Source: Hyaloraphidium curvatum SAG 235-1
Taxonomy: Eukaryota > Fungi > Monoblepharomycota
DNA: 64,000 nucleotides
Direction: 5' to 3'
NCBI GenBank assembly: GCA_025558095.1
Contig: JAIVFI010000038.1
Location: 1 to 64,000 of the forward strand
Positions 33,302 through 43,957 of the stretch are shown one piece after another; position 1 is the first letter of the stretch, and each line of letters opens with the position of its first letter. A model generated the notes under the pieces. That model did no database searches. It was given only the letters and a program-made list of their open reading frames with translations, and was not told the origin of the DNA. Position numbers and translations under genes: made by a program.

Positions 33302-34916
33302 TCAGTAGCACACCGTCTCAGGGGTCAGGTACACCCCGCTGCCCCGCGCGATGCTCCACAGCCCGAACACGACCGTGAGGATCGTCACGGCCAGCGTCCT
33401 CACGGTGCCGTACCCGACCGCGAACCCCCAGAACCGCATCTCGTACGCCTCGGCGCGCACGAGGGAGCCCAGCATCCTGTCGTGCCGGTCCAGCAGCAGC
33501 AGCAAGGGGTGGGAGGGGTGCATGAGGGCCATGCGGCGGAGGGATTCCTGCGCGGAGGTGTAGAGCGCCGTGACGGAGCGGATCTGGGAGTTGCCGGCGG
33601 CGATGCCGGAGAGGTCGAGGAAGCAGAGGATGAGGACGTAGAAGGCCCAGATCAGTGCCCAAACCGGAATGCACAGGCCGCCGATCCGCGTCGGAAGAAA
33701 AGGGCCAAAGCTAAGCGCCAGCGATCGTGTTACGGCGTGCGGGACCCACTATGTTCAGGAGGATGCAGAGGGTAGCCGCGGTGGCAAACAGAGCAAGCGT
33801 AACAATGTCCCCAGTCCAAAGTCCGGGGATCCTTTATTGCCACACCGTCGAAAGAAGCAGATGGAGCCGCACGTAGAGCTCCTCGTCCATTCTCTGCCCG
33901 TTCTCTTTGACCTTCCCCGGCTCGTGAGCGCCAGCGTTGTCCTCGTCCCCGAGTTGTCCGCCAATCCGGCCGAGGAGGCCCCCAAGCGCAAGCGACATGG
34001 CTCTGACGTGCAGCCTCTCCGTCAGGCCCATCACGGGCAAGACGGCGGAGATCCGACCCAGCGAGCCAAGCACGTTGGCGCAAATGACGCTGCAAAGGTA
34101 CAAGGCCGCGAGAAGCACTCCCCACCAAGACGTCCAGAACTGGCGCCCGAAAGTAATGAACGCCGTGTAGACCCGCATGATCAGGGTGGCGTCGCTGAAC
34201 AGGAAGCGGATCCCGTTCTCGGCCGAACGCGACCATGTAGCTCGGCTTGCCACGTTGCCAGCACATGAGGACCTAGGGCATGGGCAGAGAGGGTCTCCTT
34301 CGCGGTGGGCGACGAGTTTGGACGTCTCTGATCCGATGCCAGTTGTGGCGCTGCCCAGCTCCACGTCGCCGCAGTGGTCCCGTTCTCCGCCCGCCACATG
34401 GCAATCCAAATCAACGAGCTGCTTCCACCGGGCTAGAGGGGCCAGGGCGTGGGATCCCAGGTCCGCGTCGGCACGTGGTCCGCTACTGCCCGCCCCGGCC
34501 GACAGGTAGGTCAGCTTCCAGGCGGAGCCAAATACGGCGACGCAGATGAGCACGACGAACACACAGTATGCCGCAAGGCCCCATCCCAGCGCCCGCGCCG
34601 AGAAGCGGCCGTCGTTGAGCACCGCCGGCGCGGCGGCCAGCGGGAGTGCTACGGCGACGTAGCTGCCGTACCGGAGGCCGACGCGGGCATTGAACGGCGC
34701 CAGAAAGAACTGCACGTCGAGCCATCCCGCCAGGTGGGAGCTGAGGGAGCGGATCGCCGTGCGCATGGCGGAGCGCAAGAGCAGCCGCTCGGAACGCGCT
34801 GCGGCCGCTGGGTCCGCCGGCACGCGCAGCGGGCCAGGACCGGGGAACGGAGGGGCGATCGCGGCGGGGAGGATCGCAAGCCATTCGTCGGGCGAGAAGT
34901 CGTCGAGCGGAGCCAT
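33302..34916 (-). CDS. Multi-pass membrane protein of unknown function (about 6-7 TM)
   Basis: Hydrophobic segments across ORFs 33834-35447 (from Met 34916) and 33302-33532; C-terminus RFWGFAVGYGTVRTLAVTILTVVFGLWSI. Exon boundaries only partly resolved. Confidence 0.6.
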
Positions 34917-35178
34917 CGTCGTGTGGAGACGTGTGTGTTGAAGGAAGTTCGAGGACTGACAGTTGCCGGGGTTCCAGGGCGTCCTATCGGGCCAAGCGCA
35001 GGGATTGAAGAATCCTCCCGAAAACGTGGCTAATTCGTGTTCGTTTCCCGGCCTAGCGGTATCCTTTCGGCGGGAAGGCGTCTCTCGCGGCGCGTCAGCC
35101 GGGGATGCCTCTCGCGGACACGGACAAGGGCTTGCCCGCCGGATCCAATCCTGCCTTTCGCCGATAAGGCTGAGCGCG

Positions 35179-35787
35179 ATGGGCGAGCTCGAAGTGCTCC
35201 CGGCGCGGCGAGGCCGGGCGGTGCGGCTCCGGGCCGGCCAGGCGCTCCGCGTCGTCAACACGCACGGGAGCCAGGTCGTCGACACCTTCGCCTTCAACGC
35301 GGACGACACGAGCGAGTTCATGTCGATGGAGCACCTCCGCGCCTCGCTGGCCGCGATATTCCCCGGCAAGGGCGATGCGCTCGTGACGAACCGTCGCCGG
35401 CCGATCCTCCGTCTCGAGGAGGACACGTCCCCCGGACGGCACGACACGCTGATCGCCGCGTGCGACGTACACCGCTACGCCCTCCTCGGGTGCAAGGACT
35501 ACCACGACAACTGCACCGACAACCTGCGGGCCGCGATGGACTCGCTGGGCCTGTCCTGCCCCGAGGTCCCGGCGCCGCTGAACCTGTTCATGAACATCCC
35601 CGTGGGGCCGGACGGGCGGATCGAGTGGGGCACGCCGCTGAGCCGGCCTGGGGATTACGTGGTGCTGCGGGCGGCGATGGACTGCGTGGTGGCCTTGTCG
35701 GCGTGCCCGCAGGACATGATTCCCGTAAACGGTGCCAACTGCACGCCCACGGAGGCGCACTACGAGATTCTGGATGGATCCGCGTGA
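35179..35787 (+). CDS. DUF1989 / urea-carboxylase-associated (carboxyguanidine deiminase-like) protein, intronless
   Basis: LPARRGRAVRLRAGQ, NTHGSQVVDTFAF, GRHDTLIAACD, HDNCTDNL, PLNLFMNIP, SRPGDYVVLRA, SACPQD. Confidence 0.92.
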   Translation: MGELEVLPARRGRAVRLRAGQALRVVNTHGSQVVDTFAFNADDTSEFMSMEHLRASLAAIFPGKGDALVTNRRRPILRLEEDTSPGRHDTLIAACDVHRYALLGCKDYHDNCTDNLRAAMDSLGLSCPEVPAPLNLFMNIPVGPDGRIEWGTPLSRPGDYVVLRAAMDCVVALSACPQDMIPVNGANCTPTEAHYEILDGSA

Positions 35788-35864
35788 TTGCGGGCCCCGC
35801 ATAAGGATCTCTTCATTGTTGGTGTTCACGGGATGGCATAACTATGTCAGGGGCTTCCAATGGA

Positions 35865-35934
35865 GTCGTCGTCCGACTCCTCCTCCTCGTCATCGTCCGA
35901 CTCCTCCTCCTCGTCGTCGTCCGACTCCTCCTCG
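35865..35934. repeat. 24-bp tandem repeat x3 (EEESDDDE on the minus strand)
   Basis: GTCRTCGTCCGACTCCTCCTCCTC repeated three times. Confidence 0.85.
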
Positions 35935-36872
35935 ACCACCTGCGCCAATTCCTCCAGCCTCCTTCGCCCCTCGACCCCACCCCAGTTCATGTCCACGAGC
36001 GTGATGTGTGCTTTCGATCGTGCCCAGCCCCGCAACTCCGCCGCTCTGGCCCGTCTGGCAAGGTCCCCATGAGACGGTTCACCATACTGGTTCGTGCGGA
36101 TGTGCAACTCCGACTCGCACCCCGCCCGCCCGGAGGCTCCAGCGTTGGCGCGTCGGAGGTGCTGGCGGACGTGCCGGCGAGCATCGACGCCAGCATGGGC
36201 AGGGTCGTCAGGATCACGGGGACCGTCGCGTCCGCGTCCGTGACGGGGTGCTGCGGCCCCTGGGCCATGCTCCGTTCCCGCACCCGAAGCAGGTCAACGT
36301 GATGATCGGGGAGGCGTGGAACGCCGCCGGGCTCGCGGCCAAGCGCGGGGGTCGCGGACGCCACGGGACTCAGGGGGGGGAATACCGCGCGCTGGGCAAC
36401 GTGGGGGAGTTCGTCAACATCGACGTGCTGCAGGGGGAGCTGGTGTTTGTGTGAGGCGCGAGAGGCGGAGATCGGACCTTGGAGCCTTGGGAGCTGGCAG
36501 AATCGTGGTCTAAGTGTTGCGCTTCATCTACGTGGTGTACCCTCTTCATTGTTGACTAGTATGTTCTTCGCGATCGTGCGGGTGGTGCGAATGCTCCTTG
36601 TGGATCGCGAGGCGAGGCCGTCCGGAACCCCTGCGCCCCGAAGTCCCATCCTTGCTGCTAATCCAGCTCAAAAAAGAAGTCCTCGGAACTTCCCGGATAC
36701 CGTTGATAGCTCAAAAGGTTGGGATCTCGAAGGTAGTTCGATGTGTCGCAGCCCGGTGGGCGCCGAGCCGATCGCCAAGTCATCGCGCTTGCGCTCCTCT
36801 CCCCACGGGGAAGCGGCCCCCGCACCGCACAATTGGCCCAGGTTGCGGCACCAGCACTCAGCCACGGTCGAG

Positions 36873-37496
36873 ATGAAGAGGATCGCAGCGGCGCAGGGGG
36901 CTTCGCCGAGCCGCACGCCCCGCGGTGCCGGCGCCTCGGACCCCTTCGGGTTCCGCGAAGCCGACGCGGCTCCGGTCCCGGGCAGCAAGCGCCCCGCTCT
37001 GCCGCTCGTCGTCCCCGCGCCCCCGGCGAAACGCCGCGCGCTTCCCACGCCTCCCGAATCGGTTGCTCCCGGCTCCACCGACCACGAAACGGAAACCGCA
37101 CCCAAATCTCCTTCCCCTTCTGACGACCCGGGCCCCTTCGAGCGCGCTATCTCCTCGCTGCTCCCCCTCGCCCGCACCCGCAACCATTCGCGCCTCCGCC
37201 TCGCCTCGGACGTCCTCCTCCTGCGCTCGCAGCTCGCGGACAGGGACGCGGCGATCGCGGCGCTCGAATCCGGCGCGGCGGACTTGCGCAGGAGGCAGGA
37301 GGCGCGCGAGGCGGCGTTCGCGGGGCTGCGGGGCACTGCGGAGGGGCTGAGGAGGACGGTGGGGGAGCTGAAGGAGGCAGAGGGGTTCGGGAGGAAGCTG
37401 GCGCGGATGGCGGGGCCGGGGATCGCGAGTGGCGGGGGGGCAGGAGGTGCGCGCGCGGGGGGGCTTGGGGCCGGCGGAGGCACGGATGGGTCGTAG
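36873..37496 (+). CDS. Hypothetical protein paralogous to the C-terminal region of the ankyrin protein at 45339-46994
   Basis: AKRRALPTPP...PGPFERAISSLLPLARTR...LRSQLADRDAAIAALE matches AKRPALPTPP...PGSLEQAITSLLPLARTR...LRNLLRDRDARIAQLE. Confidence 0.65.
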   Translation: MKRIAAAQGASPSRTPRGAGASDPFGFREADAAPVPGSKRPALPLVVPAPPAKRRALPTPPESVAPGSTDHETETAPKSPSPSDDPGPFERAISSLLPLARTRNHSRLRLASDVLLLRSQLADRDAAIAALESGAADLRRRQEAREAAFAGLRGTAEGLRRTVGELKEAEGFGRKLARMAGPGIASGGGAGGARAGGLGAGGGTDGS

Positions 37497-37756
37497 GGTT
37501 CTTTTGCGGCGGATACTGGTGGCAGGCGGTCACCTGTGCGTTCGTTTTCTTTTCGGATTCAGGGCTCTGCGTCAAGATACGACGCTGGAGTCCCAGTCCG
37601 AATTGGTACCGACGTCGGCTCTTGCGGCACGCCCCGACCACCCTATGCGCAATGCGCATGCATTCCAACAAACATGACAAAGAGAAAACACGGAAACCCC
37701 CTGGTATCGCAACGAACCGCACCCCTGTCCTCGTCGTCCCGTCACGTGCCCCGCCT

Positions 37757-38608
37757 TCACCCTGCGTCCGTCCTGCCCCCCTCCCCCTCCCTCGCATCCC
37801 CCACCAGCGCCTCCGCCTTTCCCCACAGCGCGTCCTGGAACCCCCGCAACCCCCCCACGGCGCGCTGCACGAGGGTGAGGGACGACGTCCGCCGGCGGGG
37901 CTTCCTGTCGCCCTGCCCTTGGGCCTGCGACGGGGGTGGGGCGTCGCCGGGCAGCGGCGGTTCCGGTCGTCCGGGTGAGCCTGAAAGGGTGACCCCGGAC
38001 GCCGAGTCCTCGGGCACCGTCATCCCCAGGTCCGCGAAGAACTCGGGCCTTGCGGCGCCGCGGTCGTACTCGTCCGCGGACCAGGTCCACGCCTCCGTCA
38101 CGGAGGACGAGAAGCTCACGCTCGACGCGGCGGAGCGGAGGGAGGTGAGGGAGGAGCCCGGGGTCCGGAGGATGGGGCGGGGCGGGTGTGCCGCGGCGTT
38201 CCGGTGGGTGCGTTTCGGCGACGGCGATCGGGCGGGGCGTTCGCCGACGAGGCAGGAATAGCACGTGCCGTCGACGCCTCCCCCGTGCTCGCATGTCTCC
38301 GGGGGTGCGGGCCTGCCGGGCTCCGAGGGGGCGGCGGGCGACGGCGGGAACGGGGACGCCGGCCTGGCAGGCCCGAACACGGGCGGCGTGTGCCCGGCGG
38401 GCGCCCACAGCGGGTGCGCGTGCGCGAGCCATGGCGGCAGCGGGGCCTGCTGGCGCGGCGCGAAGTAGTCGCCGGCCTCGATCGGCAGCGGCGGCGTCGG
38501 CAGCGGGCTCGGCGACGGCGTCGGCGGGAGGAAGAACGGCGGCGGCAGCGGGAGCACCGGCAGGCGGGGCGCGGGGCGGCGGCGCTCGCCGGGCGCGGCT
38601 CCCGCCAT
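37757..38608 (-). CDS. Pro-rich protein with CxH..CxxC motif and Bni4/neurabin-like PP1-binding motif (copy A)
   Basis: CEHGGGVDGTCYSCL; SVSFSSSVTEAWTWSADEYDRG; paralogue on the opposite strand. Confidence 0.65.
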   Translation of the reverse strand: MAGAAPGERRRPAPRLPVLPLPPPFFLPPTPSPSPLPTPPLPIEAGDYFAPRQQAPLPPWLAHAHPLWAPAGHTPPVFGPARPASPFPPSPAAPSEPGRPAPPETCEHGGGVDGTCYSCLVGERPARSPSPKRTHRNAAAHPPRPILRTPGSSLTSLRSAASSVSFSSSVTEAWTWSADEYDRGAARPEFFADLGMTVPEDSASGVTLSGSPGRPEPPLPGDAPPPSQAQGQGDRKPRRRTSSLTLVQRAVGGLRGFQDALWGKAEALVGDAREGEGGRTDAG

Positions 38609-39269
38609 CTCTGCTCGGGCCTGCTGGGGCCTCTGCGTTCGTCCGCCCGTCTTGGGGCGGAGCGGTCCGTCGCCGGGGTCTGGGCCGGGGCCCGAAAACG
38701 GCGGCCTGCTCGGTGCTGGCTCACCGGGCACCTATGTCCCGTCGCGGGCTCGGGATGACCTCCTCGGCACCCTGAGCAAATTGACCGAGGTCTTTCCGGG
38801 TGCGCTGGGTCGGATACGCCCCCCGACAGCGTCCCAAACCGTCCCCGCCGCCCGGGCCCTAGAAATACCCAAGATCCAAGCCACACCCAAGCCCCGGGGG
38901 GAATTCCGATCCCCCACAACGCCACGCGCACAGCTTCCTTGGAGCTTGCTGAGCGCGAGTTTTCGCACCCCTCGGGCCGCGGCCCTCGCCACGCCTCGGG
39001 GCGCGAGTCCGCCGCATTGGCATCCCATCGCCCCAGCCGCCGACGGGGTCCCTCCTTCGGCCCATGGGCGCTCGTGCGCGCGGGCAATCGGCACAAAGGG
39101 ACATGCAGAAATGATGCACAGGACGGCTCGCGTGTCGCAGGACGGGCCGCTGTCGATCAGGACGGGCAGCCAAGGGTTGTGGCAAAGCCGACTGGTGGCC
39201 GTCCCGCTTAACCCCGGCGCCGGGCCGATTTCCCGGTCCCGATCCCGTCGGTCCGTATTTCACAACCCC

Positions 39270-40529
39270 ATGGTCGAGCTGGTGCGGCCGACTCCCCTCC
39301 CGGCCGTCCAGCTAGGGCACAGCGGCACCCGATCTCGCCGATTGCCGCCGGCCGCCACGCGGGCCCGACGCAACGCCGCAGGAACCGCCGGCCACCTTGT
39401 CGGCCGCCTCCGTACAGGGGATGGGTGCGGCCGCATCGCATCTCTGCACAGTGTGGATCGGATGCGGCAGGAGGCTGGGATCCAAGTTCGGAGCGAGGGA
39501 TCGAGGCAGAGGCAGGTGTGGCAAAGCGAACCTCGACTCTCCCCCGCGCGGCGCCGCCAAGCTCCAGTTGTTGCTTCCACGCACCCTCCCGCAACGATCC
39601 CAGCACTCCTTACTCATCCCAGGCATCTCGGACCGCGGCTTCCGCGCGGCGCAAGCCGAAAACCCCGCGTCGCAGGGCCCCGACGGCGGGCGGCTCGCCG
39701 GGCGGCCGGGCGGCTCCCGGACAAACCCCCCGCCTGCCCCGCCCCGCAGCCGGACGCGCCGTCATCGCCCTCCCCTGCGCTCCCCGTGCGACCGCAGGAC
39801 ACGCCCGCACCCGATCTCCGCGCGCCGAGGATCGTCGGCGCAACGCCGGCGGCCGCCCGTACGGAGTCGGCGCGGGGTCCCGCGCCGCCGGCCAGGGACG
39901 CCGTGGAGCGCCCCGTGCCCCGGCGGTTCTCCTCGCTCCCCCGGGCGCAGAAGGGGGAGGGAATGCTCTCCGCGGCGCTGCGCAAGGGGGCGCACGGGCC
40001 TGCTGCGGCACCGTCGCCCGTCTGCACCGCGACCGGCCCCCCCCCGCCGCACCCAGCGGAATGCCCCCACGGCGCCGGCGACGGCGCGTGCTACTCCTGT
40101 CTCTTCATGCTTCCCTCGCCTTCCCCCTCCTCGGAGGGGAGCAGCGGCTCCCTGGCGACGCTGGCCGAGGGAATGACGTCGCTGTGCCTCTCGGACGCCA
40201 CGGCGGTCCCTCCCGGGGCGAAGAGGAAGGTCGAGTTCTGCCGTTGGGTGGTTGTCGGGTGGACGCACGGCAGGGGGGACTACGATCGCGGGGGCGGGTT
40301 GCGAGCGTGGGGAGCCGAGGCGCCGGACCTTGCATCGCCGGCGCGGACATCGGATCGGGGGCCTCCGCCTCCCGCGGGAAAGGAACGGACGTTCGAGGAG
40401 AGGGATCGCAGCCGGTGGCGAGGAGCCCCGCCGGCTCTGGACCTGGGGCGGACTTTCGGGGGTGTGAGGGGCTGGCCGGACTCGGCGCGGGAGGCGGCGG
40501 CTGCGCTGGCGGCGCTCGAGGGGCGGTAG
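39270..40529 (+). CDS. Pro-rich protein with CxH..CxxC motif and RVxF/Bni4-like PP1-binding motif (copy B); start uncertain (39270, 39462 or 39963)
   Basis: CPHGAGDGACYSCL; KRKVEFCRWVVVGWTHGRGDYDRG; C-terminal RTFGGVRGWPD similar to RAVGGLRGFQD in copy A. Confidence 0.6.
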   Translation: MVELVRPTPLPAVQLGHSGTRSRRLPPAATRARRNAAGTAGHLVGRLRTGDGCGRIASLHSVDRMRQEAGIQVRSEGSRQRQVWQSEPRLSPARRRQAPVVASTHPPATIPALLTHPRHLGPRLPRGASRKPRVAGPRRRAARRAAGRLPDKPPACPAPQPDAPSSPSPALPVRPQDTPAPDLRAPRIVGATPAAARTESARGPAPPARDAVERPVPRRFSSLPRAQKGEGMLSAALRKGAHGPAAAPSPVCTATGPPPPHPAECPHGAGDGACYSCLFMLPSPSPSSEGSSGSLATLAEGMTSLCLSDATAVPPGAKRKVEFCRWVVVGWTHGRGDYDRGGGLRAWGAEAPDLASPARTSDRGPPPPAGKERTFEERDRSRWRGAPPALDLGRTFGGVRGWPDSAREAAAALAALEGR

Positions 40530-41485
40530 ATAATGAAGACACGTTTGTCATCGTATGTCGTATATATTGAAAGTCGAGAATCCTGGACTGGCAGATGCGC
40601 CGCGGGCGAGGGCGCGCGTCTCATTGTTCATTCGACGCTATCGGGCGTGCACCGGTTTCTTGACCGTCTCGCGAACGAACACCCACCACACCACGGCGAT
40701 GGCCGGCAGTCTCCGCTCCCGACGCTCGGCGTCGGTACGGCAGGGGCGTGGGCGGACCGGCACTGGCCCACTCACGCCGGATCCCGCGAACTGCTCGCGT
40801 CGCATTCCCCTTAATGGCTGGTACTCACGGTAGCGGAACGCGGAAGCAGGTCGCGATCGGAGGCGGGCGGACAAGTGCCACTGTGTACAGCCCCGGAGCA
40901 CGGAAGCTCCGGCCGGCTTTGGCGGACCCGGTTCTTGCCACGAAGGGCCCCGCCGGCGCGGATGGCCCCGACGACGCACTTCGCCCCCGCGGAGCCGTCA
41001 CGGCTCCCCTTGCGGCCCCTCTGGCCTTCCACTCATTGGGGATCCGGTGTCGGTGGTTGCCACCGCAGCTGCCGGCTCGGCACGTAGGGGGGGGGGGGCT
41101 TCCGTGCAGAAAGCGGTCTTGCGCTTCCGGGGGACCCCGCAGGCCACTTTCCGACGGTGGTCGGGGGACGGGTGCTGGTGCTGCCGCTGAAACCGCTATA
41201 GCATCGCCATTGCGCGATCCGGCCTCCGACTGGGGATTGTGGACCGGCCGAGCCCCGGGAAGCGGCCGCCTGGCCCCCGTCGACCGCCGCACCCGGCCGT
41301 GCTGGCGGCCGATCACCCGCCCGCCGCCGCTTCCACTCTTAGGCTGCCGTGGTGGACGATGCATCGGCTTCGCCTTTTTGTTGGACGGCCAACGAGGACC
41401 CCGATGCCGCCCCATCGACCCTGTGTTCCAGCCACAGCGGTACAACAACCACCGTCGGGCGATAGCGGATACCGCCCGACCACCG

Positions 41486-43568
41486 ATGGAGGGCGGCGGG
41501 AGATCGCCGACCACGCCGCAGCCGCTTGCGCGGCCCGCCTGCGCGCCTTGTGCCAGTTTAAAGTAGGAACTCCTGCCGTCCTTGGCGGTGAAGGTGTTCT
41601 AATTGTTGTTTCTGCAGGGCAAGTGCCGAGGGGGGGGGGTTGTAATGCTGCGAGTGGAACGCTTCTCCGGGCGACCGCCAATTCGGCGGACGCCGATGCC
41701 TCCGTGGGCGGGCGCGAGCGGGGGGGGCGGCGGGCCAGGGCGGCCGGATTCGGGGGGTACGAGGGCCGGGAGTACTGACCGGCTTCCGCCCGCAGAAACG
41801 GTGCGATTGGGACTCTCCGGGGGCGACCGAGTGCCGCCGGTGCGTGCGCATGGGCCGCACGTGCGAGCCGGCCGTGCCGGGGGCGCGGGCACGGCCGCGG
41901 CAGCGGACGGCGAGCGGCACGGCGCCGGCCAAGCCGGGCGACCCGGCGCGCGACGCGCTGTTCGCGTGCGTGGCGGGCTACTGGGAGGCGGTCAACGTGA
42001 TGACGCCGGTGGTGCACCGCGGCGCCGTCGAGGAGGCGTTCCTCGCCGGCACGTCGGCCGTGTACGGGCGGCGACCGGCGGCGCTCCTGGCCGCCATCGC
42101 CGCGAGCGGGGCGCGCGCCGCCGAGCTGCCGGGGACGACTGTCGAGGACCGCGTGCGGCTGGGCGAATCGTATGCCGCCACCGCCCGCGCCATGCTCGAG
42201 GCCGCCTTGGGCAGCCTGCGCGAGGCGGCGCCGGCGGGCTCGCCGCGCGGCGAGGACCCGCCCATGAACGCTCTCGAGACCCTGCAGGCGCGTGTTCTGC
42301 TGGCGCGCTACTACACCGTCGAGCGGGACGCAACCGCCACCGGCTGGTTCGCGGACGGCCAGGTGCCGCGGCTGCTGCCCGCCGGCTTGCGCCCCGGCGG
42401 CTTCCTCTCGCGGGACTGGGCGCCAAATGACGCCGCCGAGTGGCTCACGGGTGAGCTGATGCTGCGCTGCATCGTCGTTTGGGGTCTGCGCGGCATGTAC
42501 GACTCGGTGTACGCCGGTCGCCCGCAGGCCCACGACATCCTGGCCTTCCCGCTGCCGGCGCCATGCAGCGACGTGGTGTTCAGCCTCCCCGCCCTCGAAG
42601 CCTTTGAGCGCGTACGCACTCCCGGCGGCGGCCCCATCCGTAGGCCGCTCCTCGACCCGCGCCCGCTGCGCGAGCTTTCCCCGCCCCTCGACGCCGGCGC
42701 GGCTCTCGTCCGCGCCGCCGTCGCCCCCATCTTTGAGATGCGCGCGGGTCGCCTGTCTCTGCTGCTGCTGGTGCAGTACCTCTGCGCCCTCTTCGTCCGC
42801 CTGCGCGACCATGCCGCCGCGCACGGCGTCGACCCCGTCGCCCTCGCCTCCTCCCCACCCGAACTGGATACCCCCCCTGGAGCAGCCTTCCGCAACGGGT
42901 GCCGCATCCTGGACTTTCTCCTGGCCCAGATCTACGACCAGCTCCCCGCCGACATCGGCCCCGCCCTCCTCGCCGGCGACCCGGGGCCCTTTTTCGCGCG
43001 CTCGGCGGCCATCGGCGGGCCACCGGGCGCGCACGCGATGCTCCCGTACTTCATCGCCCTCCGCGCCCTGCCGATCGCCGCCTGGGTCCGCGGCGACCCC
43101 GCCTCGGCCGGCGCCGCCTTCTTTGCCTCCGCTCCCCTTGCCTCGGCCCTCGAATCGGGGATCGTCGCCGCGGACCTGATGCGCGCGCAGCTGCGGCTCG
43201 ACCCGGAGCTCCGTTGCTCCGGCGCCTTTGCTTTCATGCCCGCGATGAAGATCGGCGCCCTCGGCGCGGCGGTGGCCGCCGTCGCGGGGGGCGACGCCGC
43301 GGCGCAGGGGGCCGAGGACGCGCGCGCCGCCGCGGCATACCTGCGCGCGCTGGTTGTCAACGCGCCCACGGGCCGCCCGCAGCTGGACGCGTTCAACGGG
43401 ATGCTCGGCAGGCTGGGGATCGCGGCGCCCGGGGGGAGCCCGGCGCAGGGGGAGGAGGGCAAGGCTGAGGCGGGGACGTTCGTGGCGGCGCTGGGGGTCG
43501 CGGATCTGCTGTCGGCGGAGCTATTCGGGCTGAGGATCGGGGACGACGCGGCCGAGGGGGAGAGCTAG
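41486..43568 (+). CDS. Zn(II)2Cys6 fungal transcription factor with middle homology (Fungal_trans-like) region
   Basis: RPACAPCASLK+KRCDWDSPGATECRRCVRMGRTC gives CX2CX6CX9CX2CX6C; YWEAVNVMTPVVHRGAVEEAF and ALETLQARVLL. Requires introns 41563-41617 and 41619-41795 around a 1-nt exon. Confidence 0.8.
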
Positions 43569-43957
43569 GAAGACGCGGGGGCGCCGGATGCCTGGAGCTG
43601 TACAACGAGGACAATCCAGGGAGAGTGGAAATCAAGCACGTGAATGTTTCATCAAAGTGCTTGCAATTTGCTCGGGTATGGCGGATCACGGCAAAACTCT
43701 ACACCGAAGATGCGAGCGGTGACGAACGAAGTCGCAGTTGGGCGACCGAGGGCCGATTCGATTTGCAGAAGCTGACGGGGGCGGCGGCAAAGCGGGCGGG
43801 CGTAAACACGACTCAGCGAACCTCCCGCTGCCGCGGCAAATCCTGCTGAGCACATCCTGCTTGGCGGCCGTTATAAGAATGGCGCCCGAACGGCAGTCAT
43901 TGCACTCGTCCCAGAATGTCACCTCGAATGAAAACGCCCTCCGATTCTGTCGCCGCC

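Noticed and set aside
6081-35787. Bacterial contamination or a single HGT island covering DMFase, MFS and DUF1989
   Set aside because: The genes are scattered among intron-rich fungal genes, no operon structure is seen, and DMFase has introns.
35847-36454. Possible gene on the minus strand (acidic tail) or terminal exon on the plus strand
   Set aside because: No recognisable domain and no consistent splice model; strand could not be decided.
36700-36760. tRNA-like A box (TAGCTCAAAAGG) and B box (GTTCGA)
   Set aside because: Boxes are too close together and no cloverleaf stems form.
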